Shown piece after piece: positions 1-8,192 of a stretch of DNA of 64,000 nucleotides. The stretch's first letter is position 1, and each line of letters opens with the position of its first letter. Source of the DNA: Clostridium thermobutyricum. GTDB lineage: Bacteria > Bacillota > Clostridia > Ch29. The notes under the pieces were generated by a model. It was not told the origin of the DNA and did not search any database. It was given only the letters and a program-made list of their open reading frames with translations. Made by a program: the position numbers and the translations under genes. The DNA lies in assembly GCA_016842005.1 (NCBI GenBank), contig JAENYD010000001.1, positions 102,754 through 166,753 of the forward strand, read 5' to 3'.

Positions 1-983
1 GTGGCCGTCGCTCCGCCCACCAGTCCCACTGCCATGGGCATTTCGAGTGTTCCTACAAGATTGCCGTCCATGTTTTTTTCCCAGGCAGTCAGTGAAGTAT
101 ACCTGCCAAAACGGGACGCGTATGCATGGGCCCCTGCTTCCACCGCCCTGGTATCGTTGCCTGTGGCCAGCACTACCGCGGTTACCCCGTTCATTATCCC
201 CTTATTATGGGTGGCGGCCCTGTAGGGGTCAGCCTCTGCAAAGGCCCCTGCCATAACTATCCCGTCAACAACCTCTTCCCCGCCTATATCATCCTTTCCA
301 ATCACTGTCCTCGCCCTGACAAGTCTTTTGACCGCAAGGTTGGACAGTATCCTCAGATATACCTTTCCGCCTGTTATCTTTTCTATCATCGGGGCCAGAG
401 CTTCAGCCATGGAATTTACCGCATTGGCCCCCATGGCATCCCTTGTATCCACTATGAGATGGGTTATTACCATTGCCCCCAGCCTGGTATCAATTACCCT
501 CACTTCGATATCTTTCACTCCTCCGCCCAGCCTTACAAGTATGGGGTCCTGACCGTTGGCCAGTTCCATTATCTCTTCCTTGTTTTCAAGGATGGCCATC
601 TTGGCGCCGAAGGGGTCGGCAATATTTACAGCTTGTATCTGGGCTATCATCACCGGTCCCGAATTGCTTGCAAAAATGCCCCCTTTATTCCTGGTGAATC
701 TGGCTGCATGGCTGGCAGCCGCTACCACCGAAGGTTCTTCGGTGGCCATGGGGACAAAGTATTCTTTCCCATTGACCAGAAAGTTGCTTGCCACACCCAG
801 AGGCACTTCAATCTTTCCTATGACATTCTCTATCATTTTGTCTGCCTTTTCTATGCCAAGGGCCCCCGGATTTTTCAGCAGTTCAATATCTTCTTTTTCC
901 AGTCCTGCAAAGTCTTTCACTATCTCCAGTCTTTCATCTATACTCAGCTTGAAAAAACCTGATATGCGCGATGTCTGTGCCAT
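1..983 (-). CDS. mvaA: Hydroxymethylglutaryl-CoA reductase, class II. N-terminal ~327 aa are present; the C-terminus runs off the left window edge.
   Basis: Reverse-strand translation from the ATG at 981-983 (RBS GAGGAGG 7 nt upstream) gives MAQTSRISGFFKLSIDERLEIVKDFAGL...VPMATEEPSVVAAASHAA...DTRDAMGANAVNSMAE...DPYRAATHNKGIMNGV...LEMPMAVGLVGGAT. This is colinear with class II HMG-CoA reductases such as P. mevalonii and Staphylococcus MvaA. It is absent from the ORF track only because it has no stop inside the window. Confidence 0.85.
   Translation of the reverse strand, partial: MAQTSRISGFFKLSIDERLEIVKDFAGLEKEDIELLKNPGALGIEKADKMIENVIGKIEVPLGVASNFLVNGKEYFVPMATEEPSVVAAASHAARFTRNKGGIFASNSGPVMIAQIQAVNIADPFGAKMAILENKEEIMELANGQDPILVRLGGGVKDIEVRVIDTRLGAMVITHLIVDTRDAMGANAVNSMAEALAPMIEKITGGKVYLRILSNLAVKRLVRARTVIGKDDIGGEEVVDGIVMAGAFAEADPYRAATHNKGIMNGVTAVVLATGNDTRAVEAGAHAYASRFGRYTSLTAWEKNMDGNLVGTLEMPMAVGLVGGATA
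126..962 (+). other. Spurious antisense ORF (not a gene)
   Basis: 278-aa + strand ORF rich in H/Y/C/P with no family resemblance. It lies exactly antisense to the well-supported HMG-CoA reductase reading frame. Confidence 0.7.
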
Positions 984-1056
984 AGTACAGTCCTCCTCAA
1001 ACATTCATAAGATATTATAATTCCGGCAGCGCTGCATAAGACCATGACAGATTATA

Positions 1057-1190
1057 AACAGGATTCTTGGCTTCAGGTGGAGTTTTAACCCCATCTGAAG
1101 CTTAGAAACCGCTATCCAGGGACGTAGCGCCGCTTATCTCCCGCCTGAAAGGACGGGAGTATCAGCGGCGGTGGTCATCGGATAAACAGT
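1057..1190 (+). repeat. Copy A of a ~140-nt structured intergenic repeat family (nested GC-rich hairpins)
   Basis: aacaggattcttggcttcaggtggagttttaaccccatctgaagcttagaaaccgctatccagggacgtagcgccgcttatctcccgcctgaaaggacgggagtatcagcggcggtggtcatcgg... About 75-80% identical to the reverse complement of 5225-5363. The first 36 nt also match the reverse complement of 20840-20877. Stems: GCTTCAG/CTGAAGC, CTCCCG/CGGGAG nested inside GCGCCGC/GCGGCG. Confidence 0.6.
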
Positions 1191-1224
1191 CATCCTTTGG
1201 CAGCGCCGCCGGTAGTTTCCCGGT

Positions 1225-2571
1225 TTAGATTACCAGCAGGTTTACCAGCCATCCTGCACAGTAAAGGGTCATGAACTGGACGCCGTAGTTAACGCCCCAT
1301 CGGTTCAATACCCCCGCAACCAGTGCAACCAGAAGAACGCCTCCGATATTTATCAGTCCGGCATCCATAAATGCCAGCATCATAACCAGTCCGAAGAATA
1401 TCCCCAGCAATGCCTCATGGGATATTCTCTCAAAAACGAATTTGCATATCCTTGTTGAATACTTGATTGTTATGGGATAGGTAACCAAAAGAGCAACTGC
1501 CGCTCCCACAACAACCGGCAGGATAAAGTCTCCGCTGTTCAGAATATGATGCATGTTGTTCTCCAGGGAAAATCTTGGGGGAGCATTGAACAGCGCATTG
1601 GCGGGACCCAGCGCCATGGGGCTCAGGGGTATACCCAACGCAATCAGCGGTATAAGAGTCCCCGAAATATAGGTGGCATTGGTAAGGGCATCCATAGTGG
1701 ATATGGCACGGGAAGCCCTCTTCACGGGATCCTTTACCCGGGACGACAGCGTTTCTCCCAGGAATATTGTCATCCCTACAGGACTCATGAAAAATGTAAC
1801 ACAACCCACTATACTGCCTATTACTGAACTGACTATTTCGGATTTTTCGAGTATCTTGAAGGGGTTGGGAAGCCCCTTGTGTCCTCCGTCTTCCCTCAGG
1901 GTAACAGTCTTATAGGAATGTCTGGTAAGGTTCTCTCTGCTGCTCTTTATCATAAGTTCCAGAATGTTTACAATCATGGGCCCTATTGTTATGGCCAGGA
2001 AGAAAGAAATAAATACCACTTTGCCTTCCTGTACCGCTTCCACTCCCCAGTACAGGTGGCGCAGTCCCTGTATAAGCAGGGCCATCGGTACTATACTTAT
2101 AAGGGATATTACCTTTTCCCTGGCCATCAATGCCAGGAATACAGCCCCGAAGAAGAACAGCTGATTGGAATACTGTTTGATGACCGGCGCCAGCGGTACC
2201 AGCGCATTTGCCAGAATCAGGCTCACCGGTACGGCAATCAATGTGCCTATCACAGAACCCGAAGCCATCTTACGTATACTCACATCAGCCTTTCCGTGAG
2301 ATTTCAATATTACGGCATGCTCCACCATGGGTGCTGCCATAACCCCGCCGGGGATACCTGCCACAGCAACCGGTATGGAATCCGTCAGTTTCTTTGCAAC
2401 AATGGCAGCTATAAAAAATGCCAGGATAACAGCAGGATGCATGCCGGTCAGGACCAGCGCCAGGGTGATTGGCGCCAGCACGGCAGTTTCATCAGTTCCC
2501 GGAGCGACCCCGATAAATGTATAAACCACAGATCCAAGCACAGATGCAATTATCATCTGGACTATTAACAC
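1225..2571 (-). CDS. TctA-family (DUF112) transporter large permease. Start uncertain: GTG at 2571 or ATG at 2556.
   Basis: 448-aa polytopic membrane protein with an internally duplicated pattern (G.aPGtdetAvlaPiTLAL...IPGGvmAAPMVEHAV...RKMASGSVIGTLIA; second half GIPLSPMALGPANALF...) typical of TctA/DUF112. It lies directly downstream of a sigma-54 promoter. Confidence 0.55.
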   Translation of the reverse strand: MLIVQMIIASVLGSVVYTFIGVAPGTDETAVLAPITLALVLTGMHPAVILAFFIAAIVAKKLTDSIPVAVAGIPGGVMAAPMVEHAVILKSHGKADVSIRKMASGSVIGTLIAVPVSLILANALVPLAPVIKQYSNQLFFFGAVFLALMAREKVISLISIVPMALLIQGLRHLYWGVEAVQEGKVVFISFFLAITIGPMIVNILELMIKSSRENLTRHSYKTVTLREDGGHKGLPNPFKILEKSEIVSSVIGSIVGCVTFFMSPVGMTIFLGETLSSRVKDPVKRASRAISTMDALTNATYISGTLIPLIALGIPLSPMALGPANALFNAPPRFSLENNMHHILNSGDFILPVVVGAAVALLVTYPITIKYSTRICKFVFERISHEALLGIFFGLVMMLAFMDAGLINIGGVLLVALVAGVLNRWGVNYGVQFMTLYCAGWLVNLLVI

Positions 2572-2573
2572 GC

Positions 2574-2849
2574 CTAATCATTCCCCTCTTCATATATTAA
2601 ATTTCTTTTCGGCTTGAACACAATTGTACAGATAATAAATCCGATTAAAACACCGGCTAACCCGAAAAACAACGGTTTCGGCGGTGTGTCGGGAGCAATT
2701 ATATAACCCCCCAGCGCCCCCGCAGTACAGATTGCAAGCGAATAAAGCAATTCTTTAAAGTTCACATAATCTCCCCATACTTCTGCCGTTACCACCTTTT
2801 CTTCTGCGCCGCCCTTGTCGGCACTGCCAGCAGTTTTATTGTTATCCAT
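2574..2849 (-). CDS. Small 2-TM membrane protein, putative TctB-like small subunit
   Basis: The ORF track starts at 2867, but a perfect RBS AAAGGAGGTG sits 6 nt before the second ATG (MDNNKTAGS...). It has two hydrophobic helices and is adjacent to, and possibly translationally coupled with, the TctA-like gene. Confidence 0.4.
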   Translation of the reverse strand: MDNNKTAGSADKGGAEEKVVTAEVWGDYVNFKELLYSLAICTAGALGGYIIAPDTPPKPLFFGLAGVLIGFIICTIVFKPKRNLIYEEGND

Positions 2850-2896
2850 CGGAACACCTCCTTTCATATTCTGTTTGTCCTGTTATGATATATTCA

Positions 2897-2912
2897 CGCA
2901 ACTTCCGTGCCA
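2897..2912 (-). promoter_or_regulatory. Sigma-54 (RpoN) -24/-12 promoter
   Basis: The reverse complement reads TGGCAC-GGAAG-TTGC, an exact match to the TGGCAC-N5-TTGCW consensus. It lies ~36-50 nt upstream of the small membrane protein ATG (2849) and directly downstream of the sigma-54 activator gene. Confidence 0.6.
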
Positions 2913-2954
2913 TATTGAAATACCTGGTAATAGCGCCCTTCAGGGAGAATAAAA

Positions 2955-3064
2955 AGCTTACAGTTGTATATTTTGTATACAACTGTAAGCTTTTTGCTTT
3001 CTTCTGCCATGTTTCAGGTGTATATCAAGTATACAGAATTTTGGAGTTGTATACTTAGTATACA
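2955..3064. promoter_or_regulatory. Three TGTATA-N5-TATACA inverted repeats: putative enhancer (UAS) sites for the adjacent sigma-54 activator
   Basis: Site 1 at 2965-2981 is embedded in a 37-bp near-perfect palindrome (AGCTTACAGTTGTATA ttttg TATACAACTGTAAGCT, 2955-2991). Site 2 is at 3019-3035 (TGTATAtcaagTATACA) and site 3 at 3048-3064 (TGTATActtagTATACA). Their centres sit ~65, ~120 and ~150 bp upstream of the -24/-12 element. Confidence 0.45.
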
Positions 3065-3066
3065 CA

Positions 3067-4863
3067 TTATTGGATGTTATATTTCTTCAATTTTTCGTAA
3101 AAGGTCCTGCGGCTTATTCCCAGGAGCTCAATGGCCCGGCTTTTATTGTTGTTGCTCATATCAAGGGCTTTTATGATGGCTTCTTTTTCAACATCGCTGA
3201 TAACCTCATCCAGCTTCCTGAAACCTGTCATCCTTTTCTTGATACCTCTGGAATCAGTCTTTTCGGTCTCCCTGAGGTATGAAGGGATTTTATCTTCAGA
3301 TACGATTTCATGGTCTGCAAGGGCAATGGCATGCTCAATCACATTTTTAAGTTCCCTTATATTCCCGGGCCAATCATATTCAAGAAGCAGTTTGAGGCAT
3401 TTATTGGAAAAAAACGCTTTTTTCCCGAATCTCCGGTTGAAATGCTCTGTATAGTACCTTATCAGGGCGAGGATATCTATTTTTCTTTCCCTTAGGGGAG
3501 GCAGATTGATAGCAAAAACATTCAGCCTGTAAAAAAGGTCTTTCCGGAATTTTTTCTGGTTCACCATACTGTACAGGTCTTTACTGGTAGCGGCAATCAC
3601 CCTGACATCCACCCTGAGAACCTCCTCTCCCCCTACCTTTTCAAATTCACCCTCCTGAAGAAACCTTAACAGCTTGGGTTGCATGGAAAGGGGCATATCC
3701 CCGATTTCATCCAGGAAAAGAGTACCTCTATGGGCCAGTTCAATTTTCCCTCTTTTCCCTCCCTTTTTGGCTCCTGTAAAAGCGCCTTCAACATACCCGA
3801 ACAGTTCGCTCTCTATCAGATTCTCAGGCAGGGCGGAACAGTTTATGGCAACAAAATCCCTGTCCCGTCTTCTACTGGCATGGTGTATGGCCTTTGCCAC
3901 AAGTTCCTTCCCAGTTCCGCTTTCTCCCAATATCAGGACACTTGAATCGGTTTTGGCAATACGGGCTGCCACAGCCAGCTCTTCTCTCAGCTTCTTGCTG
4001 TTTCCTATAATCCTGTCAAAAGCCCCGGGCAGTTTTATCTCGCTTTTCAATTCTTTCTCCAGATAGTAGTTTACTACATTCATCTTTTCCAGCTGGTTGG
4101 CCAGCTGCAGGATCTCGGTAATATCGTGAAAGGTAGAAATGGCACCCACTACCCTGTCACCCGTTTTAATGGGATTTATATTTGCAACAATGGTAGTCCC
4201 AAGGCTCTCTATCTTTATGGTCTGTTCGGTAACCGGCTTTCCTGTTTTCAGGACCTGTATTATCCTCGCGTTGGGTTCCACCTCGGAAAGATACTTGTTG
4301 GTTATATGGTGGGGCTTCACATCCAGTATCCGCATGTATGCCTTGTTTGCAAATACCACCTTTGTACTTGCGTCTACGATTACAACCCCCTCCCGAAGAC
4401 AGTCCAGGGATTCTTTTAAATATATATCATTGTTCAAAGAAAACAAACTGCTGTGCTTTTCTCCATAATTAAAGTCTTTGAATTTTCCTTCCATAAACAG
4501 ATTGAAAATATCGTTCCGGGAGATAATGCCTTTCAATCTCCCGCTGCTGTCAACCACATATCCTACCGAACATTTAGGTCTCTCTATAAACTCCTTTACA
4601 ACCTGTCTGTATGTGTATTCCTCTTCAAACTTTATGAAATTGCTGTCTGACAGCAGTTCAAGCCTGATCCCGTCATCTTGAGCTTCAAGCACATCCTTGA
4701 GCCATACCACTCCTACAAGTTTGCACCGCCCTTCTACCAGAGGAATGGATTTAAAATTATGCCCCTTGAATATCTCCACGGCTTTACGGGCTTTTTCGTC
4801 AACGTTCAGATAAATAACTTTTTCGGACATTATACTTTTCGCATTCATGCTGTTTTCCTCCAA
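3067..4863 (-). CDS. Sigma-54-dependent transcriptional activator with CBS pair, PAS, AAA+ sigma-54 interaction and Fis-type HTH domains
   Basis: N-terminal tandem CBS-like region; central AAA+ domain with GESGTGKE Walker A and GAFTGA-type motif (EGAFTGAKK), then ...TLFLDEIGDMPL...VRVIAAT; C-terminal HTH (ELLGISRRTFYEKLKKYNIQ). Confidence 0.85.
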   Translation of the reverse strand: MEENSMNAKSIMSEKVIYLNVDEKARKAVEIFKGHNFKSIPLVEGRCKLVGVVWLKDVLEAQDDGIRLELLSDSNFIKFEEEYTYRQVVKEFIERPKCSVGYVVDSSGRLKGIISRNDIFNLFMEGKFKDFNYGEKHSSLFSLNNDIYLKESLDCLREGVVIVDASTKVVFANKAYMRILDVKPHHITNKYLSEVEPNARIIQVLKTGKPVTEQTIKIESLGTTIVANINPIKTGDRVVGAISTFHDITEILQLANQLEKMNVVNYYLEKELKSEIKLPGAFDRIIGNSKKLREELAVAARIAKTDSSVLILGESGTGKELVAKAIHHASRRRDRDFVAINCSALPENLIESELFGYVEGAFTGAKKGGKRGKIELAHRGTLFLDEIGDMPLSMQPKLLRFLQEGEFEKVGGEEVLRVDVRVIAATSKDLYSMVNQKKFRKDLFYRLNVFAINLPPLRERKIDILALIRYYTEHFNRRFGKKAFFSNKCLKLLLEYDWPGNIRELKNVIEHAIALADHEIVSEDKIPSYLRETEKTDSRGIKKRMTGFRKLDEVISDVEKEAIIKALDMSNNNKSRAIELLGISRRTFYEKLKKYNIQ

Positions 4864-5224
4864 TTATTAAAAAGCTGTCTGTCAATGGGTCAACAACTGT
4901 GCCCGGAATATAATATAATTCTATAAGATATCAGAAAACCCTTTTTACTATCATTTGCCAGGTTCAGAGACCTTCATCCTGTGCCCGGAGTAAGATAATA
5001 GGGAGTAGATGGTGGATGCATATGAGGTTGTAAAACCTTAAAGGATAGAAAAAAACTCGTGAGGGAAAAGTATCTGAACCTCCGCTCTCTTATACACGAT
5101 AACTCGCCTTGAGGCGCAAGGTTTTTGAGGAAAACCGGCAACAATAATCTTATTCTTTACTGGCGGTGAAGCATACTGCTGAAAATCCAACTGGCTTCCA
5201 TAGAAAAAGCCGGGGTTAGTCCCT

Positions 5225-5363
5225 GGCTTAGAATTTTGTCCGATGTTACCGCCGTCAATACTTCTGTCCTTTTATGCGGGAGATAGTCGGCGCTACGCCC
5301 CCGGATAACGGATTTCAAGCTTCAGATGGGGTTCAAACCCCGCCTGTAGCTTGAAATCCTGTC
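5225..5363 (-). repeat. Copy B of the structured intergenic repeat family, inverted relative to copy A
   Basis: The reverse complement of 5225-5363 aligns with 1057-1190. Shared blocks: ggtttgaaccccatctgaagctt, gaaatccgttatccgggggcgtagcgccg, ctatctcccgc, gacggcggt, catcgga. Confidence 0.6.
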
Positions 5364-6049
5364 TATAGCTTCAGTTCCCCTATATTCCCCAACCCTTCAT
5401 ATGAAATAAGGTTCAATTGAGCTTCTGTTGATTTGATATGCTCTTCTATAGCCTTCACAGATTTTGATGCGTCCTTTTGTCTCAATGCTTCAAGAATATC
5501 ATGATGCTGATCGGGAGTAAAATACTGTTTTTCCAGCATAGGGTCATTGAGTATATAAAACACATCGTATATATCAGTCTTGATAATAATGTCCTTTACG
5601 TAATTATACAGACATTTATTACCGGTGATTTTAGCTATTGCTTTGTGAAAATCTGCTCCAAGTGTATAGGCCTCTGCACGATTTTTTACCATATACGCGT
5701 TTTTTTCTTTTTCCAGTATCTGTTCCAGTCTTTCTATGTCCTCATGGGATGCCCTCTCAGAAGCAATTCTGACAGACATTTTCTCTATTTCAACTCTTAC
5801 CGCAAAAGCATCTTTAATCTCATCATAGGTTTTTTTGGTTACAAATGCACCTTTGTTTGGAATGATTGCCAGCAAGCCATCTCTTTCTAAAAGTTTAAGA
5901 GCCGTGTGCACCGGGGTCCTGCTAACATTAAGAATATCTGCTATCTCACTTTCCACCAGCTTATAGTTGGGAGGGAACTTATTTAACATAATAGCTTTCT
6001 TGAGTTTTTCATATACAATATCATCCAGTGTTTTTTTATCTTTTTTCAA
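5363..6049 (-). CDS. GntR-family transcriptional regulator (FadR/FCD C-terminal domain)
   Basis: N-terminal wHTH (ESEIADILNVSRTPVHTALKLLERDGLL) followed by an all-helical FCD-like domain. Confidence 0.8.
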   Translation of the reverse strand: MKKDKKTLDDIVYEKLKKAIMLNKFPPNYKLVESEIADILNVSRTPVHTALKLLERDGLLAIIPNKGAFVTKKTYDEIKDAFAVRVEIEKMSVRIASERASHEDIERLEQILEKEKNAYMVKNRAEAYTLGADFHKAIAKITGNKCLYNYVKDIIIKTDIYDVFYILNDPMLEKQYFTPDQHHDILEALRQKDASKSVKAIEEHIKSTEAQLNLISYEGLGNIGELKL

Positions 6050-6180
6050 TGCACCTACCTCCTAGGGTCTGCTTAAGAATCATTGTTTATTGGAAACACT
6101 GTTGTCTTTCAATAGATAATCGGCTGAATATATTATATATAAAGATACAGTTTATGCAAAGTATTCTGTTTCTAAAAATA

Positions 6181-7173
6181 TTAAGCATCACAATGACGAT
6201 TGTCTGCAGCAACAGGGCATGCTACAAAGTGGTCTTCACTGATTTGTATCAAATCAGGCCTCTGACGCATACACTGACTGCATGAATACGTGCATCTTGG
6301 ATGAAATGTACATCCCTCCGGCGGATTTATTGGGTTTGGAATATCTCCTTGAAGAATAATTCTATCTTTGATTATTTTTGGATTAGGTTCAGGTATTGCT
6401 GAGAGCAGGGCTTTGGTATAGGGATGGACAGGATTTTTAAATATAGTTTTGCTGTAAGCCAGTTCAACTATTCTTCCCAGGTACATAACCCCTACCTTAT
6501 CACTGATATGCTTTATAACGCTCAAATCATGAGAAATAAAAATATATGTCAGATTAAACTCTTTTTGTAAATCTTTTAAAAGGTTCAATATCTGGGCCTG
6601 TACTGAAACATCGAGGGCAGATACTGCTTCATCACATATTATAAGCTTAGGATGCAGGGATAGGGCTCTGGCAATACAAATTCTCTGTCTTTGACCTCCG
6701 CTGAACTCATGGGGATATCTTCCATAATGTTCACTGTTTAAGCCGACAATTTCAAGTAAATGCCTAACCCTTTTTTCCCTTTCCTTTTTATCGGGAATAA
6801 TATTGAAAACCAGGAGAGGCTCACCAATAATCTTCCCTACCGTCATTTTGGGGTTTAAAGAAGCGTAGGGGTCCTGAAATACAATCTGTATATCCCGTCG
6901 GAGTTTACGCATATCTTTCCCTTTTAGACTATATATGTTAGTACCTTCAAAAATACACTGCCCATCGGTAGGCTCAATCAGCCTCAGGATCAAACGCCCG
7001 AGAGTACTTTTTCCGCAACCGCTTTCGCCGACAAGGCCAAAGGTTTCTCCCCGTCGTATTGCTAAAGAAACACCATCTACTGCCTTGACATAACCTTTAA
7101 TATTTGATAGCATACCTGAGCGCACAGTAAAATATTTTTTCAGGTCTTTGGTTTCAAGTAATACATCCCGCAT
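6181..7173 (-). CDS. Oligopeptide/dipeptide ABC transporter ATP-binding protein (OppF/DppF type)
   Basis: Walker [10 protein letters not shown], signature LSGGQRQR, Walker [13 protein letters not shown], and the C-terminal Cys-rich oligopeptide-ABC extension. Confidence 0.85.
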   Translation of the reverse strand: MRDVLLETKDLKKYFTVRSGMLSNIKGYVKAVDGVSLAIRRGETFGLVGESGCGKSTLGRLILRLIEPTDGQCIFEGTNIYSLKGKDMRKLRRDIQIVFQDPYASLNPKMTVGKIIGEPLLVFNIIPDKKEREKRVRHLLEIVGLNSEHYGRYPHEFSGGQRQRICIARALSLHPKLIICDEAVSALDVSVQAQILNLLKDLQKEFNLTYIFISHDLSVIKHISDKVGVMYLGRIVELAYSKTIFKNPVHPYTKALLSAIPEPNPKIIKDRIILQGDIPNPINPPEGCTFHPRCTYSCSQCMRQRPDLIQISEDHFVACPVAADNRHCDA

Positions 7174-8165
7174 TATGATTCACCCCCAGTACTTCCATTC
7201 AAGGGATTCCAACAGCATATCCTATGATTATTATGCATTATTCGGGATTGTGGCTCTTCTTTCTTGCACTGTTCCGTTACGTATTTGCACCGGGGTGCGA
7301 ATCTGCATCCTTTCGGCATATTAAGAGGATCCGGCAGTCCCCCTTCAATAGTGTTCAGCCTGTCACGATCTTTTTCAAGGGTTGGGATTGAATCCAGCAA
7401 TGCCTGGGTATACGGATGAGCAGGTTTCTCAAAAATGGTCTCAATATCTGCTTCCTCCATAATTTTACCCGCATACATTACGCAAACCCTGCTACACATC
7501 TGTGCTACAACCCCCATATCATGGGTGACCAGTAGTATGGAAGTATTAAACTGTCTGTTAATATCCCTTATGAGATCCAGTATTTGAGCCTGTATAGTGA
7601 CATCCAGGGCGGTGGTGGGTTCGTCTGCAATCAGCAACTGAGGATTACACGCTAATGCCATCGCTATCATTACCCTTTGACGCATACCCCCTGAAAACTG
7701 GTGCGGATAGTTATTGATGCGTTTTTCAGGCGAAGGTATATCTACTAGGTCGAGCAGTTCTATAGACTTTTTTAGTGCTTCCCTATTATTCATACCGGTA
7801 TGTATTGAAAATGCTTCTATTAGCTGGTTTCCTATGGTATACACCGGGTTTAACGAGGTCATTGGTTCCTGAAATATCATTGAAATTTGATTTCCTCTTA
7901 TTCTTCTCATCTGCTCATTGGTCTTCTTTAGCAGGTCTTCACCACGGAAAATTATTTCACCGCCCGCTATTTTCCCCGGAGGATTTGGCACCAACTGCAT
8001 TACCGATAAGGAAGTAACACTTTTACCGCTGCCGCTTTCGCCTACCAGGCCTAAAATTTCACCATTTCCAATGCTGAAACTAATACCATCGACCGCCGTA
8101 ACTCTTCCCCTTTCAGTGTTGAATACAGTTGTTAAGTTCTTAACTTCCAAAGTTATATTACTCAT
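7173..8165 (-). CDS. Oligopeptide/dipeptide ABC transporter ATP-binding protein (OppD/DppD type)
   Basis: GESGSGKS, FSGGMRQR, LLIADEPTTALD. The likely true start is MSNITLEV, preceded by RBS AGGAGTG. Its stop overlaps the downstream ATPase gene. Confidence 0.85.
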   Translation of the reverse strand: MSNITLEVKNLTTVFNTERGRVTAVDGISFSIGNGEILGLVGESGSGKSVTSLSVMQLVPNPPGKIAGGEIIFRGEDLLKKTNEQMRRIRGNQISMIFQEPMTSLNPVYTIGNQLIEAFSIHTGMNNREALKKSIELLDLVDIPSPEKRINNYPHQFSGGMRQRVMIAMALACNPQLLIADEPTTALDVTIQAQILDLIRDINRQFNTSILLVTHDMGVVAQMCSRVCVMYAGKIMEEADIETIFEKPAHPYTQALLDSIPTLEKDRDRLNTIEGGLPDPLNMPKGCRFAPRCKYVTEQCKKEEPQSRIMHNNHRICCWNPLNGSTGGES

Positions 8166-8192
8166 AATTATCACTCCTGCCTGCAACATATA

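Noticed and set aside
126-1020. Several 74-278-aa + strand ORFs at the left edge
   Set aside because: Their composition (H/Y/C/P/W-rich) is not protein-like, and they are antisense to a strongly supported HMG-CoA reductase frame.
1057-1190. I considered that repeat copy A might be a riboswitch (cobalamin, c-di-GMP-I, ZTP, glycine) because of its nested GC stems near mvaA.
   Set aside because: I found no B12 box GCCACTG, no GEMM GGGACGCAAAGCC core and no pfl motif. The same element also occurs in inverted orientation upstream of other genes, which fits a dispersed repeat better than a cis-regulatory RNA.
5330-5363. GGGGTTCAAACCCC plus flanking sequence considered as a tRNA 3' fragment (T-arm/acceptor) marking an integrase att site
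   Set aside because: The stem lengths and flanks do not fit a tRNA T-arm plus acceptor. There is no integrase gene nearby. I kept it only as a speculative option under the repeat-family finding.
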